From the human T2T-CHM13v2.0 reference genome, Homo sapiens, in NCBI RefSeq assembly GCF_009914755.1, contig NC_060948.1: a stretch of 64,000 nt of DNA; one strand, written 5' to 3'. Shown piece after piece: positions 1 to 39,744 of the stretch. Within the stretch, counting starts at the first letter, position 1. Every line of letters begins with the position of its first letter. Below the pieces are notes generated by a model that saw nothing but the letters and a program-made list of their open reading frames with translations, had not been told where the DNA came from and made no database searches. The translations under genes were made by a program, and so were the position numbers.

Positions 1-2118
1 TGGAATGGAATAGTATGGAATGTAATGGAAAGGAATGGAGTGGAATAGACTAGAGTGGAATGAAATGGACTCGAAAGCAATGGACTGGAATGGAACTTTC
101 TTGAATGGACTGGAATCAAACGGAATGGAATGCAATGCAATCAAATGGCATGGAATAAAATAGAATGAAAGAGAATCAAATGGAATTGAATCGAATGGAA
201 TCGAATGGATTGGAAAGGAATAGAATGGAATGGAATGGAACTGACTCAAATGGAATGGACTAGAATGGAATGGAGTGGAATGGAATGCAAAGGAATAGAA
301 TCTATTGGAATGGACTGTAATGGAATGGAATGGAAGGGATTGGAATGGACTCGAATGGAATGGACTGCAATAGAAAGGATTCGAATGGAATGAAAAGGAA
401 TTGAATGGAATAGAACAGAATGGAATCAAATCGAATGTAACGGAATGGAATTGAAAGGAATGGAATGAAATGGAATGGAATGGAAAGGATTCGAATGGAA
501 TGCAGTCAAAGGGAATGCAATCGAATGGAATGGAATCGAACGGAATGGAATAAAATGGAAGAAAACTGGCAAGAAATGGAATCGAAATGAATGGCGTGTT
601 ATGGAACGGACTCAAAAGGAATTGAATGTAATAGAAAGGAGTAGGGTGGACTCGAATATAATGGACTGGAATGGAATGGAATCACATGGAATGGGAACGA
701 ATGGAATGGAATGGAAAGGAATGGAATCGAATGGAAAGGAATCGAATGGAAGGGAAGGAAATTGAATCAACAGGAATGGAAGGGAATAGAATAGACTGTA
801 GTGGAATGGAGTCGAATAGAATGGACACGAATGCTCAAATTGAATGGACTCGTATAGAATGGAAACGAAAGAATGTCATCGAATGGAATTGAATCGATTG
901 GAATGAAATGGCATAGAATGGAGTGGAATCAAATGGAATTGAATCGAAAGTAAAGGAAGCGAATGGACTGAAATGAAATGGAATGGAATTGAATGGAAAG
1001 TAATGCAATGGAATAGAGTGGAACGAAATTTCACGGAATGGAATCAAACAGAATGGAATCAAATCAATGGAATATAATCAAATGGAATGGATAGGAATTG
1101 AATGGAATAGATTGGATTGGAAGGGATTGGAATGCAATGGAATGGGAAGGACTCGAATTTCATGAAACGGAATGGAATGAATTGGAATGGAATGGAATGT
1201 CATGGAATGGCATCAAATGGAATGGCATCAAATGGAATGGAATCGAATGCAATGGAATGTTATGGAATGGAATGGAATGTATTGGAATGAAATGTCCTCT
1301 AATGGAATGGATTCGAGTGGAATGGAATCGAATATAATGGAGTCGAATGAAATGGAATTGAAAGGAATGGGATCGAATAGAATGGAATATACTGGAATGC
1401 AATGTAATGAAGTCGAATGTAATTGACTGGAATGGAATGTGCATGAATGGAATGTAATCGAATGGAAAGTAATCCAATGGAATAGAATCTAATGGAATAA
1501 AATCGACTCAAATGGAATACTATGTAATGGAATGGAATGCAGTGCAATGGAACGGAATGGAATGGAATGCAATGGAGTGGAATGGAATGGAATGCAATGG
1601 GATGGAATTTTATGGAATGGATAGGAGTGGACTGGAGTGAAATGGACTGGAAAGGAATGGACTCCAATTGAAAGGGATTGAAAGGAATGGAGTCAAATGG
1701 AATGGTCTGGAATGGAATGAACTCGAATGTAATGCATTTCAATAGAATGCAATCGAATGGCATGGAATATAAAGAAATGGATTCAAAGAGAATGGAAACA
1801 AACGGAATGGAATTGAGTGGAATGTAATTGAATGCAATGGGAACGAATGGAGTGAAATTGTATGGAATAGAAGAGAATAGAATGGAATGCAAGCGAAAGG
1901 AAAGGAATGTATCGGAATGGAATGGAATTCATTGGAATGGAAGGGAATGTAGTGTAATGGACAGGCCTGGAATAAACTGGAATGCTACGGTCTCGAATGG
2001 AAAAAAAATTTATGGAATGCAATGCAATGAAACGGAATCGAATGTCATAGAATGTAATGGAATGCAAAAAAATGGACTCCAAAATCATTGATTGGAAAGG
2101 CTGTGTGTCGAAAGGAAT
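1..2118 (+). repeat. HSat3 satellite, (GGAAT)n on + strand, DYZ1-like
   Basis: Continuous diverged GGAAT pentamers. Contains TTGAATGCAATGGGAACGAATGG (1828-1850) and GGACAGGCCTGGAATAAACTGGA (1959-1981, HaeIII site), which resemble DYZ1 sequence as recalled. The MEWNG/FHSIP ORFs are pentamer translations. Confidence 0.95.
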
Positions 2119-25788
<23,670 letters not shown>

Positions 25789-25868
25789 TCTCCACTGATT
25801 TATTTGGAGAAGGGACGTTCTCTTCTATCTTGATTGAACGTGACATTAGATGTGTTTTGCAAAATTAC

Positions 25869-25941
25869 CTGTCCCAGATATTGGTCCCCCCTTTATTTCT
25901 GTGGCTGTATTTGAAACAGAATATTTCTCATTACTTGTAGC
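25869..25941 (-). pseudogene. ANKRD36: ANKRD36-like exon, 73 nt (ATSNEKYSVSNTATEIKGGPISGT)
   Basis: cattcag acceptor and gtaatt donor on the minus strand. Confidence 0.88.
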
Positions 25942-26032
25942 CTGAATGAGATTTGAAAACAAAATAATACGTAAAGTAGGTTTCATAGACTATACAGTTA
26001 ATAGTTCAACAGATAAATGAGACTTTAATTGC

Positions 26033-26061
26033 CTTCTCAGCTGGTTGTTTCTGAGAAGACA
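26033..26061 (-). pseudogene. ANKRD36: ANKRD36-like exon, 29 nt (VSSQKQPAEK), donor GC
   Basis: ttttcag acceptor. Donor reads gcaatt where the paralogous exons have gtaatt/gtatta. Confidence 0.88.
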
Positions 26062-28420
26062 CTGAAAAGCAAAAGGGTTACATAATCAATCATATGTAAA
26101 TATGATAATGTTATCCATACATTAATGGATGGATAGCATGTTAGCATCAAGTTTTATACTCCTGCCTGTATTACTGTAGGCTTTGATATTTTATACTTTG
26201 TTTCTTTGGACTAAACATGAAGGAAATACACTGAAGAAAATAGGAATACAGGCTTCAAGAAATATATACTGACAATTTCAAATGTGATATAACTTTCTCC
26301 ATATGTCTAAAACTAAAATAAAACCATGTCAATATCAATGTGGATATGCTGATTGTTGAGGACAAATGTGATCTAAAATCAGAGTCCAACTCATACACCT
26401 GGGAATCAACGTCAAAGCCGGTGATACATGCACCCGCGTGTCTTTCATGCAAGATATCAGAATGATTTGGAACATTTTACTGCAAACATTCATCATGCTC
26501 TTTAACTTGATCAATCAGTGAGAAGGTACACAATTATAATGACACTTTAGTTGAATGTACACTTCACATCTCTTCAGTGGAAGTGTCCTAACTTAATCAG
26601 CTTGGATATATGTTTGGTGAATTATAGTATGTAATGTTCATTATTTCTCACACCCATATGGTGTAATAATGTGCCTACATCTCTTGCATCTTCTAGTTTA
26701 GCCTTCCGAAATCTTCATCCACTCATGGCAACAAGGTATAATATATAAACTTCATCAAAAAGTATAATAAATTACCAAATTTGACATACTTATACAAAAT
26801 AAAATTGCTACAAGCATTAGATATGAATAAGCTTTTACATCTGGAAATCACGCCAATATTCCTTGAAAATAACCATTTGGGAGTCAAGTAATGAATTCAA
26901 CATTATTTTCACTTCTAAAATAGTCTGGTTAAATTATCATGTTATTCTCTAGAGAATTTTTATTAAGTTGCTATTTTATCCAATAGCTCCTTGAAAAACA
27001 AAGCCAATGTATGCATATTCACGTTTATCTCATTTGAATAACCAATATCAACAAAACATATACCTCTGGTGCCCAATAGTAACAAAGAAGAATAATGAGT
27101 TACTGTGGTTTATCCCAACTCTATCACTGTTTCCTGCTTCCAGTAGTTCCTGGAACAGCCAAAAATCAAATCATCCTTTATGCAAATATTCTGAATGCAT
27201 CTGAAGTGAGTTCACTTAATCTAAGAGTTATAATTTAAAAAATCATTTTGTTTATGCTCATGAAGACTCCTGATGTTTTTACATTTCCTGGATTCAGCAG
27301 TTCGGCCTTCTCACCGTCTCTTCGTCCACTTTTGCAAAAACATACACATCAGTGAAATAATGTGTAATCAGATTCCTATGAAAATAAACTAAACAAAGTT
27401 TCTAAATCACTAGAGACTTCTTTTCTTATAAATAACCAAACAATACGACATAATACATATATATACATATGTCATGATTGTCACCATTATTGGCAGTTAT
27501 CTGTTTAGTACTCTAAAAATGCATTCTTTGATTCCTTTTTTCTAAATCTAGTTTCACATGATATACCATAGGGGTCTCTCCGGTTCTTTTACAAAATAAC
27601 TACACCAGCAAACACAGCTTTCCAAAAAAGAAAAACTGATGTGAACGAAGCATGTATCATTGATATGCAAAACTTCTAGGGAGAAGAAATGAGATCCTGT
27701 GGGTCACCCTCATCCTTCTAACCTCTGCTTTCCATTAAGTGACTTCCCACAAATCTCCTCATCAGAAACCTCCAAATTACCTAGCTAGCTGCTTTCTTTG
27801 TTTACACCTGCCCAATTTGACATACACTCTTTTTCGTTCATAAATCTAATATCCATATTGGTGGACTTGATTCTTTGACCTCTACATTCGTTTCTTCATT
27901 ATTTTCACCACCACTGTAATGTGACATCTGTACAATCCTATTCTGACACATCTGAAGATAAGGTTTTGCTTTATTAAAATGTTAAATGTGACAAGACACT
28001 TGACTAACGTGTACAAATTCCTTCTTCACAAAAGCAGCCCCATGGCCTCCTATCTCCCATAGACACGTTCACAGCTGTTCTTAACTACCCATAACACCAC
28101 TATGTCTATGCTTTCCAGAGAAACAAGCTCTGAAATTTTATTGAATATAACCTATTTAAAAACTTCTTTAACTACAATGACGGTCTCTCCTTGATGCACC
28201 AAATCTTCAGAAATAACTTGTGAAGGCTTGAAAATATGTCAGTAATTGACATGAAAAATGAAGCTTGATGTAATTTTTTGCAGGTATAAAAAAGACAAGC
28301 TGAGATCCTTACTAGATCCAGGAAGAGCAAAGTACATTAGACAGGAAATAAATATGGAACAGAAACATTTTCATTTGTAATGAAAATTCCTCTATTTACA
28401 GTTTTCAAAAGAGAAGAAAA

Positions 28421-28453
28421 TACACACACATACACACACACACACTCACACAC
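28421..28453. repeat. Interrupted (CA)n microsatellite; paralog at 58955-58993
   Basis: TACACACACATACACACACACACACTCACACAC read directly. Confidence 0.8.
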
Positions 28454-29331
28454 AAAAACCAGAGCAATATGGCTTTACAGGGTGTTTCTTCATCAAAGAC
28501 CTATTTGTCATTTGATATCTGGGAACACTCTATAGGGATCAACAAAGGGGTTCTAAATTGTGACCTGAGTAGTTTAGAGTTTAACATTCATGAAGGGGAG
28601 CCAAGAGGACAAGTAACACTTTGACCATTGGCCATTTCCACTCCTTACTGCTATTCTCTGAAAAGCACACACTGGATTTTCTCAGAGTTAGGACATGTCA
28701 AACAGACATGCTTTAAGGGGGAAACAGTTGCAATTAACACAGCCATGGGAGAGATACAGCTATGCTTGCTAGGATTTCCAATACTTCTGTTTCATTTCTA
28801 ATATAGTACAAATCAATAAAACCAACCACGTAAGCATATCCATGCTGGTATGTCATCATATTTAAGTCCATATGGTATCAGCATGAAGAGAGCATAATAT
28901 GCTGTAGTCATCACATGGCATATCATGAGATCATACAATAAATCAAGAAATACCTCACTGGGTCAAGGTGGATAGATCTGAAATATATATCACTGATTTT
29001 ACAAAGACCAAGTTGCATTCAATAAGTGCACTGCCTGAACTTTTCTACAAGTTTTTAATACACAAAATCAAGTTCTACAAGTTATCTATGAATGTGCACA
29101 TATGTTGTAAGAGGTTTTTAATGTGCATTTGGGTGATTTCTTTTTAATTAATTCAAGCTCTTGGTTACATGTTGGCAGTAAGCTTTAGTATTATAGAAAA
29201 CCCAAAACAGTAACAGGTCAGAATCACCGTCTTAAAAGGCTGTCTACCAAAGAGTCAGGAAAGCATGACTACTTACTTTCTTCATTTTTGAAACTCAGAC
29301 GTACCTCATTGCACACTTCCAAATAAAACTG

Positions 29332-30377
<1,046 letters not shown>

Positions 30378-31338
30378 ATCAGAGTGAACAGGCAACCCAC
30401 AGAACAGGAGAAAATGTTTGCAATCTCTCCATCTGACAAAAGGCTAATATCCAGAATCTAAAAGGAACTTAAACAAATTTATGAGAAAAGAACAAACAAC
30501 CTCATCAAAAAGTGGGTGAAGGATATGCTCAAAAGAAGACATCTATTCAGCCAGTAAACATATGAAAAAAAGGCTCATCATCACTGAACATTAGAGAAAT
30601 GCAAATCAAAACCACAATGAGATACCATCTCACGCCAGTTAGAACGGTGATCATTAAAAAGTCAGGAAACAACAGATGCTGGAGAGGATGTGGAGAAATA
30701 GGAACACTTTTATATTGTTGGTGGGAGTGTCAATTATTTCAACCACTGTGGAAGACAGTGTGGTGATTCTTCAAGGATCTAGAACCAGAAATACTATTTG
30801 ACCCAGCAATCCCATTACTGAATACATACCCCAAAGATTAAAAATCATTCTACTCTAAAGACACATGCACATGTATGTATATTGCAGCACTATTCACAAT
30901 AGCAAAGACTTGGACCCAACCTGCATGCCCATCAGTGATAGGCTGGACAAAGAAAATGTGGCATATACACATCATGGAATACTATGCAGCCATAAAAAAG
31001 GATGAGTTCATGTCCTTTGCAAAGACATGGATGAAGCCTGAAACCATCATTCTCAGCAAACTAACACAGGAAAAGAAAACCAAACGCCACATTTTCTCAC
31101 TCGTAAGTGGGAGTTGAACAAAGAGAACACATGGACACAGGGAGGGGAACATCACACACCGGGGCCTGTCAGGGGGTTGGGGTCCTAGGGGAGGGATAGT
31201 ATTAGTAGAAATACCTAATGTAGCTGATGGGTTGATGGGTACAGTAAACCACGATGGCACATGTATGCCTATGTAAAAAACCTGCATGTTCTTCACATGT
31301 ATCCCTGAACTTATGGTATAATACAAAACAAACAAACC
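30378..31338 (+). mobile_element. L1PA 3' end (ORF2 C-terminus, 3'UTR, A-rich tail), probably an older L1PA (about PA6-8)
   Basis: Starts ATCAGAGTGAACAGGCAACC. ORF 30875-31117 has IAALFTIAKTW..MEYYAAIKKDEFMSF. G-rich 3'UTR and decayed poly-A follow. The subfamily is an estimate. Confidence 0.93.
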
Positions 31339-31927
31339 AACATTAATTCAGGTTGTTGGTTACCTGTAGGCAATGAATTGTAGTAGTAGAAAAGATTCTA
31401 AGGCTAAAACAGCTCAGAATCATTGCTTTAAAACCCTGTATCTACCAAAGAGTCACCAAAAAATGATTAATGACTTTATTCATTTTCCAGAATCAGAGGT
31501 ATCACACACACCCAAACTCACAAACAAAAGCACACACGCACATACACATGCAGAAATTCAAAAGCTGGTAATCAGAGCATGTGACTGGGTGAGGATTTGA
31601 AGGTTCTCAGTGTGGCAACACCGACATAAAGAAGTTGAAGTTCTAACACAATTGTAATGTCAGCTGGTATAGCTTTTCTCTAGGTAAAGGACAGTATTGC
31701 AACCAGAAATTGAAACACTGAAAAATATTTATAGTTTCAAAATTCACCTCCTTGAACCCCTAACATGCATACAAATTCCACATTGGATATTTATCACAAC
31801 CTAAAAGGAAAAGCATCGGAGCTAGAGCTCACATTTTAAACATTTCTTTTCCTTGTTCTTCTAAATATCATTTTATAATCATAGACACTAACAACAGCAT
31901 CAGCATCATTTAGATCAAATCCTTCTA

Positions 31928-32131
<204 letters not shown>

Positions 32132-32195
32132 TTAATATATCATGTATATATCACAAAGCATTTTGTTAATTAAAAACGAAAATATATTTGTTTAC

Positions 32196-32224
32196 TGTGG
32201 ATAAAGGAGGTCGCTCAGAAGATT
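32196..32224 (-). pseudogene. ANKRD36: ANKRD36-like exon, 29 nt (ESSERPPLST)
   Basis: ttgtag acceptor, gtaaac donor. Confidence 0.85.
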
Positions 32225-32867
32225 CTACAAAGCAAAAGGGACACATAATTAAGTTTTCATAAAACATGTAGTCCAGTTTTCAAGAGAGAGATTAGGTTTC
32301 ACATGACTACAACTAACACAAGGAAGTACTTCTACCAATGTGATTCTCTTAACTGAAGCCAAAAAATGTGATGTCAAATGAAAGGACCCCAGAAGGATAA
32401 ATGTCAAAGCCCATGGTAGAACGCTATGGTGTACCCTGAAGAAATCACCCAAGAACCATTTATACTACAATACTACAATAGTTTTCCTGTTCTTCATTTT
32501 GTCCTCTCACTTAAAAACTATCAATTTCATTAAAATGTATCATTCCCTTCTGCTTGCAGGATGTATTCTCAATTCATTAGTTCAGATATCTACATACAGA
32601 AGCATAGTTAACAAAAATACTCATGTTGTCCACAGTCATGCAGACTTCTGGTGTTTTTCCATTTCCTGGATTCTCAACTATAGCCCTCCTGCCATCTCTT
32701 CATTCACTTATGCAAGAAATGTATACATTACACTCCAAATACCTAATATGTAATTAGATTCCCATAAAACAAATCTAACCAAAGTATTTGAAATATCAGA
32801 GGCTTTTTTCGTGTTAATCACCTTTTATATATCAAAATATTTGCCATGATCATTGACAGTTACATTT

Positions 32868-32936
32868 TAACAAACCTGCACGTTGTGCACATGTACCCTA
32901 AAACTTAAAGTATAATAACAATAAATAAATAAATAA
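32868..32936 (+). mobile_element. Very short 5'-truncated young L1PA 3' terminus
   Basis: TAACAAACCTGCACGTTGTGCACATGTACCCTAAAACTTAAAGTATAAT plus an (AATA)n tail. Absent from the paralogous site near 36920. Confidence 0.88.
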
Positions 32937-35238
32937 TACTTAAGAAATTTATTTCTTGATTGTTTTGCTTCCACAGTTTGACATGCACTGCATCGCATTT
33001 TGCTAACATGAAGCACCTATCCTATTGTCGATGTGTTACCCCTACAGAGAGAAGAATTGAGTCCCTGTGGTTTACTCATTCTTCCACCTCTGCTTCCATT
33101 AAGCTCTGAAGCAACAATAATCCAATATTCTGTTCGACTGCGAATATACCAGGTCCACATAAAGTGAGTTTTCTCAGGTTTCCTCATCAGAAACCCCCAA
33201 ACACCTAGCCAGCTGCTATCTTTATTTACAACATCCCACCCCACTTGCACTCTTTTTTGTTGATAAATCTAATCTCACTATCTGGTCTTCATTCTTTGCC
33301 TTCCACATTTTGTTCTTCATTATTCTCACCACCCTTGTGATCAAACCAGTAAAATCCCATTTTTATAAATATGAAGATATGGTTTTCCTTTATTAGAATA
33401 TAAAAGTTACAGAAAATGGACTAACTTGTACAAATTCCTTCTTCACAATAGCAGCCCCATGTCCTCCTCTCTCCCCTAGACACAGTTTCATAGTTTGTAT
33501 TCACTCACATCAGTTTCATTGAGTATCAACTCTCATTTCATCTTTACGGCTTTATTTTACACTGGGGGTTATTATCAAAGACTCAGCAAACTATGTTACA
33601 TATTTTCTTCTACACAAGAGATTACTGAGCAGTAAATAAGAATTTCTTTGGATATAAACACTTTTAAGTACACACATTTTTGTGAAGCTAATTTATGGTT
33701 AAATACACATTACACCATTATGTGTTATGTGTTCCACAGAAACAGGCTCTAAAATTTTATTAAACATATTTAATTTAAAAACTTCTGCAATTACAATGAC
33801 ATAGTCTCTGCTCAATGCAGCAACGTCTTCAAAAATCACTTGTGAAGAGTTGGGAAAATGTCAGTCCTTTACGTGAAAAATGAGAGCATTAAGTGACAAC
33901 ACTGCTTGCTGGTATAAATAAGACAAGGCTATATCCTCACCAGATTCAAAGATATCAGAGTGCCATGGACAGAAACAAATATGTAAAACAGAAAGATTTT
34001 CATTTCTACCAAAAATTCGTGTATTTAAAGTTTTCAGAAAAGGACAAAATATAGGAAAACACAGCGGTGGGGTGTTATAGAGCATTTCTTCATCTGGAGA
34101 CTATTTATCATTTGATATCCGGAAACCCTTTATAGGGCCCAACAAAGGGGTTCTAAACTGTGATTTGATCATTCTTGGAGTTCAACATCTATGTAAGGAA
34201 GCCAAGGTACCAAATGATACTTTGGCCATTTCTTCTTTCCAAAGTCATTCTCTGAAAAGCATACACTAGAGTTTTTCAGAGTCATCACATGATGGAAAAA
34301 CATGACTCTAAGGGGTAATGAATGTATTCAATACAGCTATGGCAGTGTATACAGCTATACTCAGGGTATGTGAAATACTTCTATTTAATTTCTTATATAG
34401 TACAAATCAATAAAGACAACCACATAAGCAAATCTATGTTGGCATGTCATCATATTTATGTTCATTTTGTATCAGCATGAAGAGACTTTAATTAATTGTG
34501 GTGCAGTCATAAAATGGCATACCACAAGAACATACAACAAATCAAAGATGAACAAATTGTGTCAACCTGGATAGATCCAAAATATATACCACTGATTAGG
34601 AAAGCCGAGTTGCAGCTATTATGTACGCTGTGTGAAATCATATAGAAGACTTGATACTTGGAAACAGATTCTACATATTACCTATGAAAGTGCAAGTATC
34701 TTGTAAAGTATTTTTAATGTGCATTGCAGTGACTTAAAAGTAAAAAACATTAATTCAGGCTGTTGGTTACCTGTAGGCAATAAATTGTAGTAGAAGAAAA
34801 TATTCTAAGGCCAAAACAGCTCAGAATCATTGTTTTAAAACACTGTATCTACCAAAGAGTTACAAAAGAATGATTAATCATTTTATTCATTCTTAATCTG
34901 AGATGCACACACACATACACATGCAGAAACTCAATCTGGTAATCAGAAGATGTGATTAAGTAAAGATTCTCAACGTAACAACACTGACATAAAGGAGTTG
35001 AAGTTCTAAAACAATTGTAACGTCAGCAGGTATAGATTTTCTCTAGGTGAAGAAGAGAGAAGAGTATTGCAATCAATTTTGAAGCACTGAAAATACTTAG
35101 TGTCAAAATACACCTCCTCAAATCCCTAACATGCACAGGAATTCAAAACTGGGATCTTCAGATGATGACAACTTTAAAGGAAAAGCATTTGGGCTAGAGC
35201 TCATGGTGTAAAATGTCCGCCTTATGCCTTAAATATCA

Positions 35239-35496
<258 letters not shown>

Positions 35497-35548
35497 TCAT
35501 GTATATATCACAGAGCATTTTGTTAATAATTAAAGAAAATATGCTTAC

Positions 35549-35577
35549 CGTGAATAAAGGCGGTTACTCAGGAGACA
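35549..35577 (-). pseudogene. ANKRD36: ANKRD36-like exon, 29 nt (VSPE*PPLFT) with an in-frame TAA
   Basis: ttgtag acceptor, gtaagc donor, stop at 35564-35566. Confidence 0.85.
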
Positions 35578-35985
35578 CTACAAAACAAAAGGAACACAAA
35601 ATTGACTACAGGGAAATATGACACAGCCTACCATCAATCATGCAGTGTTTGTATCCAGCTGAAATCTTCGTCCTTGCCCTTGAAATTGTTACCCATTAGG
35701 CTTTGGGTTGCTTTGCTCTTGTTTTGGTTAACACACAAACGTGACAGGAATATACACATGAAAAATCACAATATAGATTCTATAAAACATGCAGTCCAGA
35801 TTGCAAGGGTGAGATTAGGTTTCACATAACTACAAGTAACATAGAAAAGTGTTTCTACGAATGTGAATCTGCTGGATGAAGCCAAAAAAAGTGACGTCAA
35901 ATGAGAGAACCAAAGCGGACCCCAGAAGAATAAATGTTAGAAACTATGAAGTTGCAATGAGAGAGCATGAAAATGTATTATTCGC

Positions 35986-36281
35986 GGCCGGGCGCGGTGG
36001 CTCACGCCTGTAATCCCAGCACTTTGGGAGGCCGAGGCGGGCAGATCACGAAGTCAGGAGATCGATACCATCCTGGCTAACACCGTGAAACCCCATCTCT
36101 ACTAAAAATGCATAAAAGTATCTGGGCTTGGTAGCAGGCGCCTGTAGTCCCAGCTACTCAGGAGGCTGAGGCAGGATAATGGCGAGAACCCGGGAGGCGG
36201 AGTTGGCAGTGAGCTGAGATCCCGCAACTGCACTCAAGCCTGGGTGACAGAGCGAGACTCCGTCTCAAAAAAAAAAGAAAA
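35986..36281 (+). mobile_element. AluY, full length, 17 bp TSD
   Basis: GGCCGGGCGCGGTGGCTCACGCC start, CpG-rich. TSD GAAAATGTATTATTCGC (35969-35985) / GAAAATGTATCATTCGC (36282-36298). Confidence 0.95.
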
Positions 36282-36551
36282 GAAAATGTATCATTCGCTT
36301 CTGCTGGCAGGAAATGCTCTCAATCATTAGTTTAGATATCTACTTGGAGAAAAATCGTTTCTAAAAATACTCATGTTATCCACAGTCATGAAGACTTCTG
36401 ATATTTTCAACTTCTGGATTCTCAACTTTAGTTCTCTTGCCATCTTTTCATTCCCTTATGCAAAAAAAGTATATGTTACACATTAAATAAGTAATGAGTA
36501 CTCAGATTTTCATTTACAAAATGTAACCAAAAATCTCTGAATCACCATTGA

Positions 36552-36864
<313 letters not shown>

Positions 36865-37706
36865 TAATCAACTTTTACATATCAAAATATTTGCCATGAT
36901 TATTGACAGTTACACTTTTAGTACTAAAGAAATAAATTTCTCTTTTGTTTTTTTTCTAGTCAGTTTGATATGCTATAGCATAGCAGCCTCTGAGGTACTT
37001 TTATACAATGGCTATTTCATCAAAAACAGCATTGTTTTAAAGAAAACTGCCAATGTTTTGATATCCAAGTGCATCCCAGTTCACTAACAAACATGAATGA
37101 AGCACATATCATTGATGTGTAACCCCTATAGAGAGAAGAAATGAGTTTCTGTGGTTTCCTGTCATTCTTCTACCCTCTGCCTCCAGTAAGCTCCAAAGCA
37201 GCAATCATTTAATCTTCTCTTTGAGTGGGAATATACTGAGTCTACATAAAGTGAGTTCCCTTAAGTTTCCTCATCAGAAACCTCCAAATACCTAGCCAGC
37301 TGCTTTCTTAATTTACACAATCCCACCTCACATTTTTTTGTAAATACACTAATGTCCATTTCTCAACAATGAATATTATATTTTGATCTATAAATTTAAG
37401 TGTTCACCAAAGTTTTAAGAAAAAGTATGTTTAAATTAAATTATATTTACTATTAAAATTAATAAATTATAACTATAATTTAATTAAAATTAGGCTTATA
37501 ATTTAATGTAATTTAACAATTAATTTAATTTTAAATTTATTTTAAATTATATTTAAATTAGTTATATTTATTTTCAAAAATTATATTATTAAAGCATAGA
37601 AAATTATTCAGCTATATTCACTACCTCACCATCTTTTATTGTACACAAAATACAACATTATCATTATTTGATTGCTCTCATGGAGCACTTTTTATAATAC
37701 CAATAC

Positions 37707-37746
37707 CATTTGCTTTTTGTCCAGTTGCTGGTAGTGCTTTTCTTTC
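37707..37746 (-). pseudogene. ANKRD36: ANKRD36-like exon, 40 nt (ERKALPATGQKAN)
   Basis: T-rich tract and aatag acceptor, gtattg donor. Confidence 0.85.
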
Positions 37747-37794
37747 CTATTAAAAAAAAAAAAGAAATCTTCAGAAAATGTCATATTTACTACT

Positions 37795-38810
37795 TAATCA
37801 GTCAGTAATTCAAGAAACATTTTCCGTGTCTATAAATTCATAAGATCTATACTGGAAAATCTGATAATATGAATAAAATACAAATTGTATTTATTTATCA
37901 AGTGAAAAAAGAAATTTATAAAAACAAACAAAAGCAGAAAGACACAATTCATTATTTCTACAATTCAAATCAATAAAATACAGTGATAGCACAAAGGCAA
38001 TAACACTTAATTCTACTTGGGAAGCTTCTGAGAAACTGCAAATTTAGGGTTCTATTTTTAAAGTAGACAAGGGAAGAGTAAGAGTGTGAAGTGTTTCTAG
38101 TGAGGGCAGCATGTGCAAAAAAATAAAGCATGAAACAGCATAGCCAATAAGAAATACCACAATAACGTGGTAAAACTTGGACACAGACAGAGAAAGTGAA
38201 GTGGAGAGATAAAATGGGAGAAACAGGCCAAACCACAAAATAAGTGTTATGCTAGAATGTAAATGTTTGTTTCATGTAATGAGGGTCCAGCCATAAACAG
38301 ATGACTTAGATCAAAGTAAACATGTTTAAGAAAGGTCACCCTGAAAGACATATATAGATAGATAAACATGGGGAGAAGAAAGAAACAAAAACGAACATTC
38401 CAAAAGTATAGGGCCGACAGTGTATTACAGTAATAAGATATGAGAAATGGTTAAAGGTAGAAAATACAAAAATTGGTGAGTCACTGGATTGGCAATGTGA
38501 GGGAAACCTGGAGTGCAGTTTTTGTGCTTCAATGTTTCATTGCTACCTTCTTGGTGTTATTTACTAAAATTGAGAAGTGAGATGACAGCATAGATTACAA
38601 AGAGTCAGGAAAGAATCTGGAAGGCAGTTTGAGACCTATTAAATTTGAGGCACAAAGGGGACTTAGAAGACTGATCTGGGTAAATACATTTGGAGTAGAA
38701 ATAGATGACCTCACTCAAAAAAACCATATGTTGTTGAGAAGGTCAACATTTGTAAAGTATACTGAACTGGTAGGATTCAATAATTTAAACCTATGTAGAA
38801 CCCTGAAGTT
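37795..38810 (-). mobile_element. Possible degraded L2 element
   Basis: TCAGTAATTCAAGAAACATTT terminus-like motif and purine-rich L2-like motifs. Recognised by eye only. Confidence 0.4.
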
Positions 38811-39744
38811 TTGAAAATAAAAAGAAAACATGGGATTCAAAATTTCAATTATATATTTCTATACTGGATTAAAAGATATAAAATATATTTTCTAAATGTA
38901 TGCAGATATTTATTTCTGGAATATTATGGTCATCTGCATTTTTGAACTTCATGAAAACAGTTATCTAAACCAGTAAGTCAAGGTGTCCTAAGAAAGCTCA
39001 TTTTCAAAAAATCATCTTAAAAGTTTTTAACTTGCACAAATGTTTATTCTATTATAGAATTATAAGGCATTTTAAGTGCTACTAACATATAAGAGAGAAA
39101 TGCAAAATCTATTTTAAAGTTCATATGGTTTTCTGATTCTCCTGAAATGATATACTAATAGCTCTAATTGCCTACTTATGCCATAAAGATAATAGTTAAA
39201 AATCAGAGAAAGGATCAAGTAAAATAATCATATGACTATGCAAGCTGAAGACTTACTTGTCTTCAAATACACTATGCCTGTCAATCATGACCCAATACTC
39301 ACATGAAGAGAGAAGAAATTTATTTTAAACATCAAGTCAAAAGGATTCCTGAGTTTTAGAGCTGAATAAATTTATGTGCAAGGTATAACTATAAATACTA
39401 AAGTTAATAATGTTTCCAGAGAATAATACAAAATGTCCCAACTGTAGGAGATAGTTTTAAAAGTAAAAAGTAATATTCCAGAGATAATTCTGTGTACTGT
39501 TGGCAATATTTCTTTCCTTACGATTCTATCAAAATAGGTACTTTGTTTAGAAAACAATCATGAGTGTTGACTGCATTCATCACATGTATGTTCTTAAGTA
39601 CAGACGTTATCAGCACAAGGTTAGTCAGACTAGCTCCAGAAATAAGTAATAATTTATTTCTTTAAGAGGGTTCCAGGTTAAAAAGATATTATTTCTCATT
39701 CAATGAACATAAATTAGAAACCTCCTTTAAAATTAACCAGAAAT

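Noticed and set aside
205-2091. ORFs rich in MEWNG / FHSIP
   Set aside because: Translations of the GGAAT pentamer, which lacks stop codons; not genes.
37380-37600. AT-rich tract as a stray HSat1B piece
   Set aside because: Made of TTAA/AATT runs rather than the TATA/CATA pattern of HSat1B; ordinary intronic low-complexity DNA.
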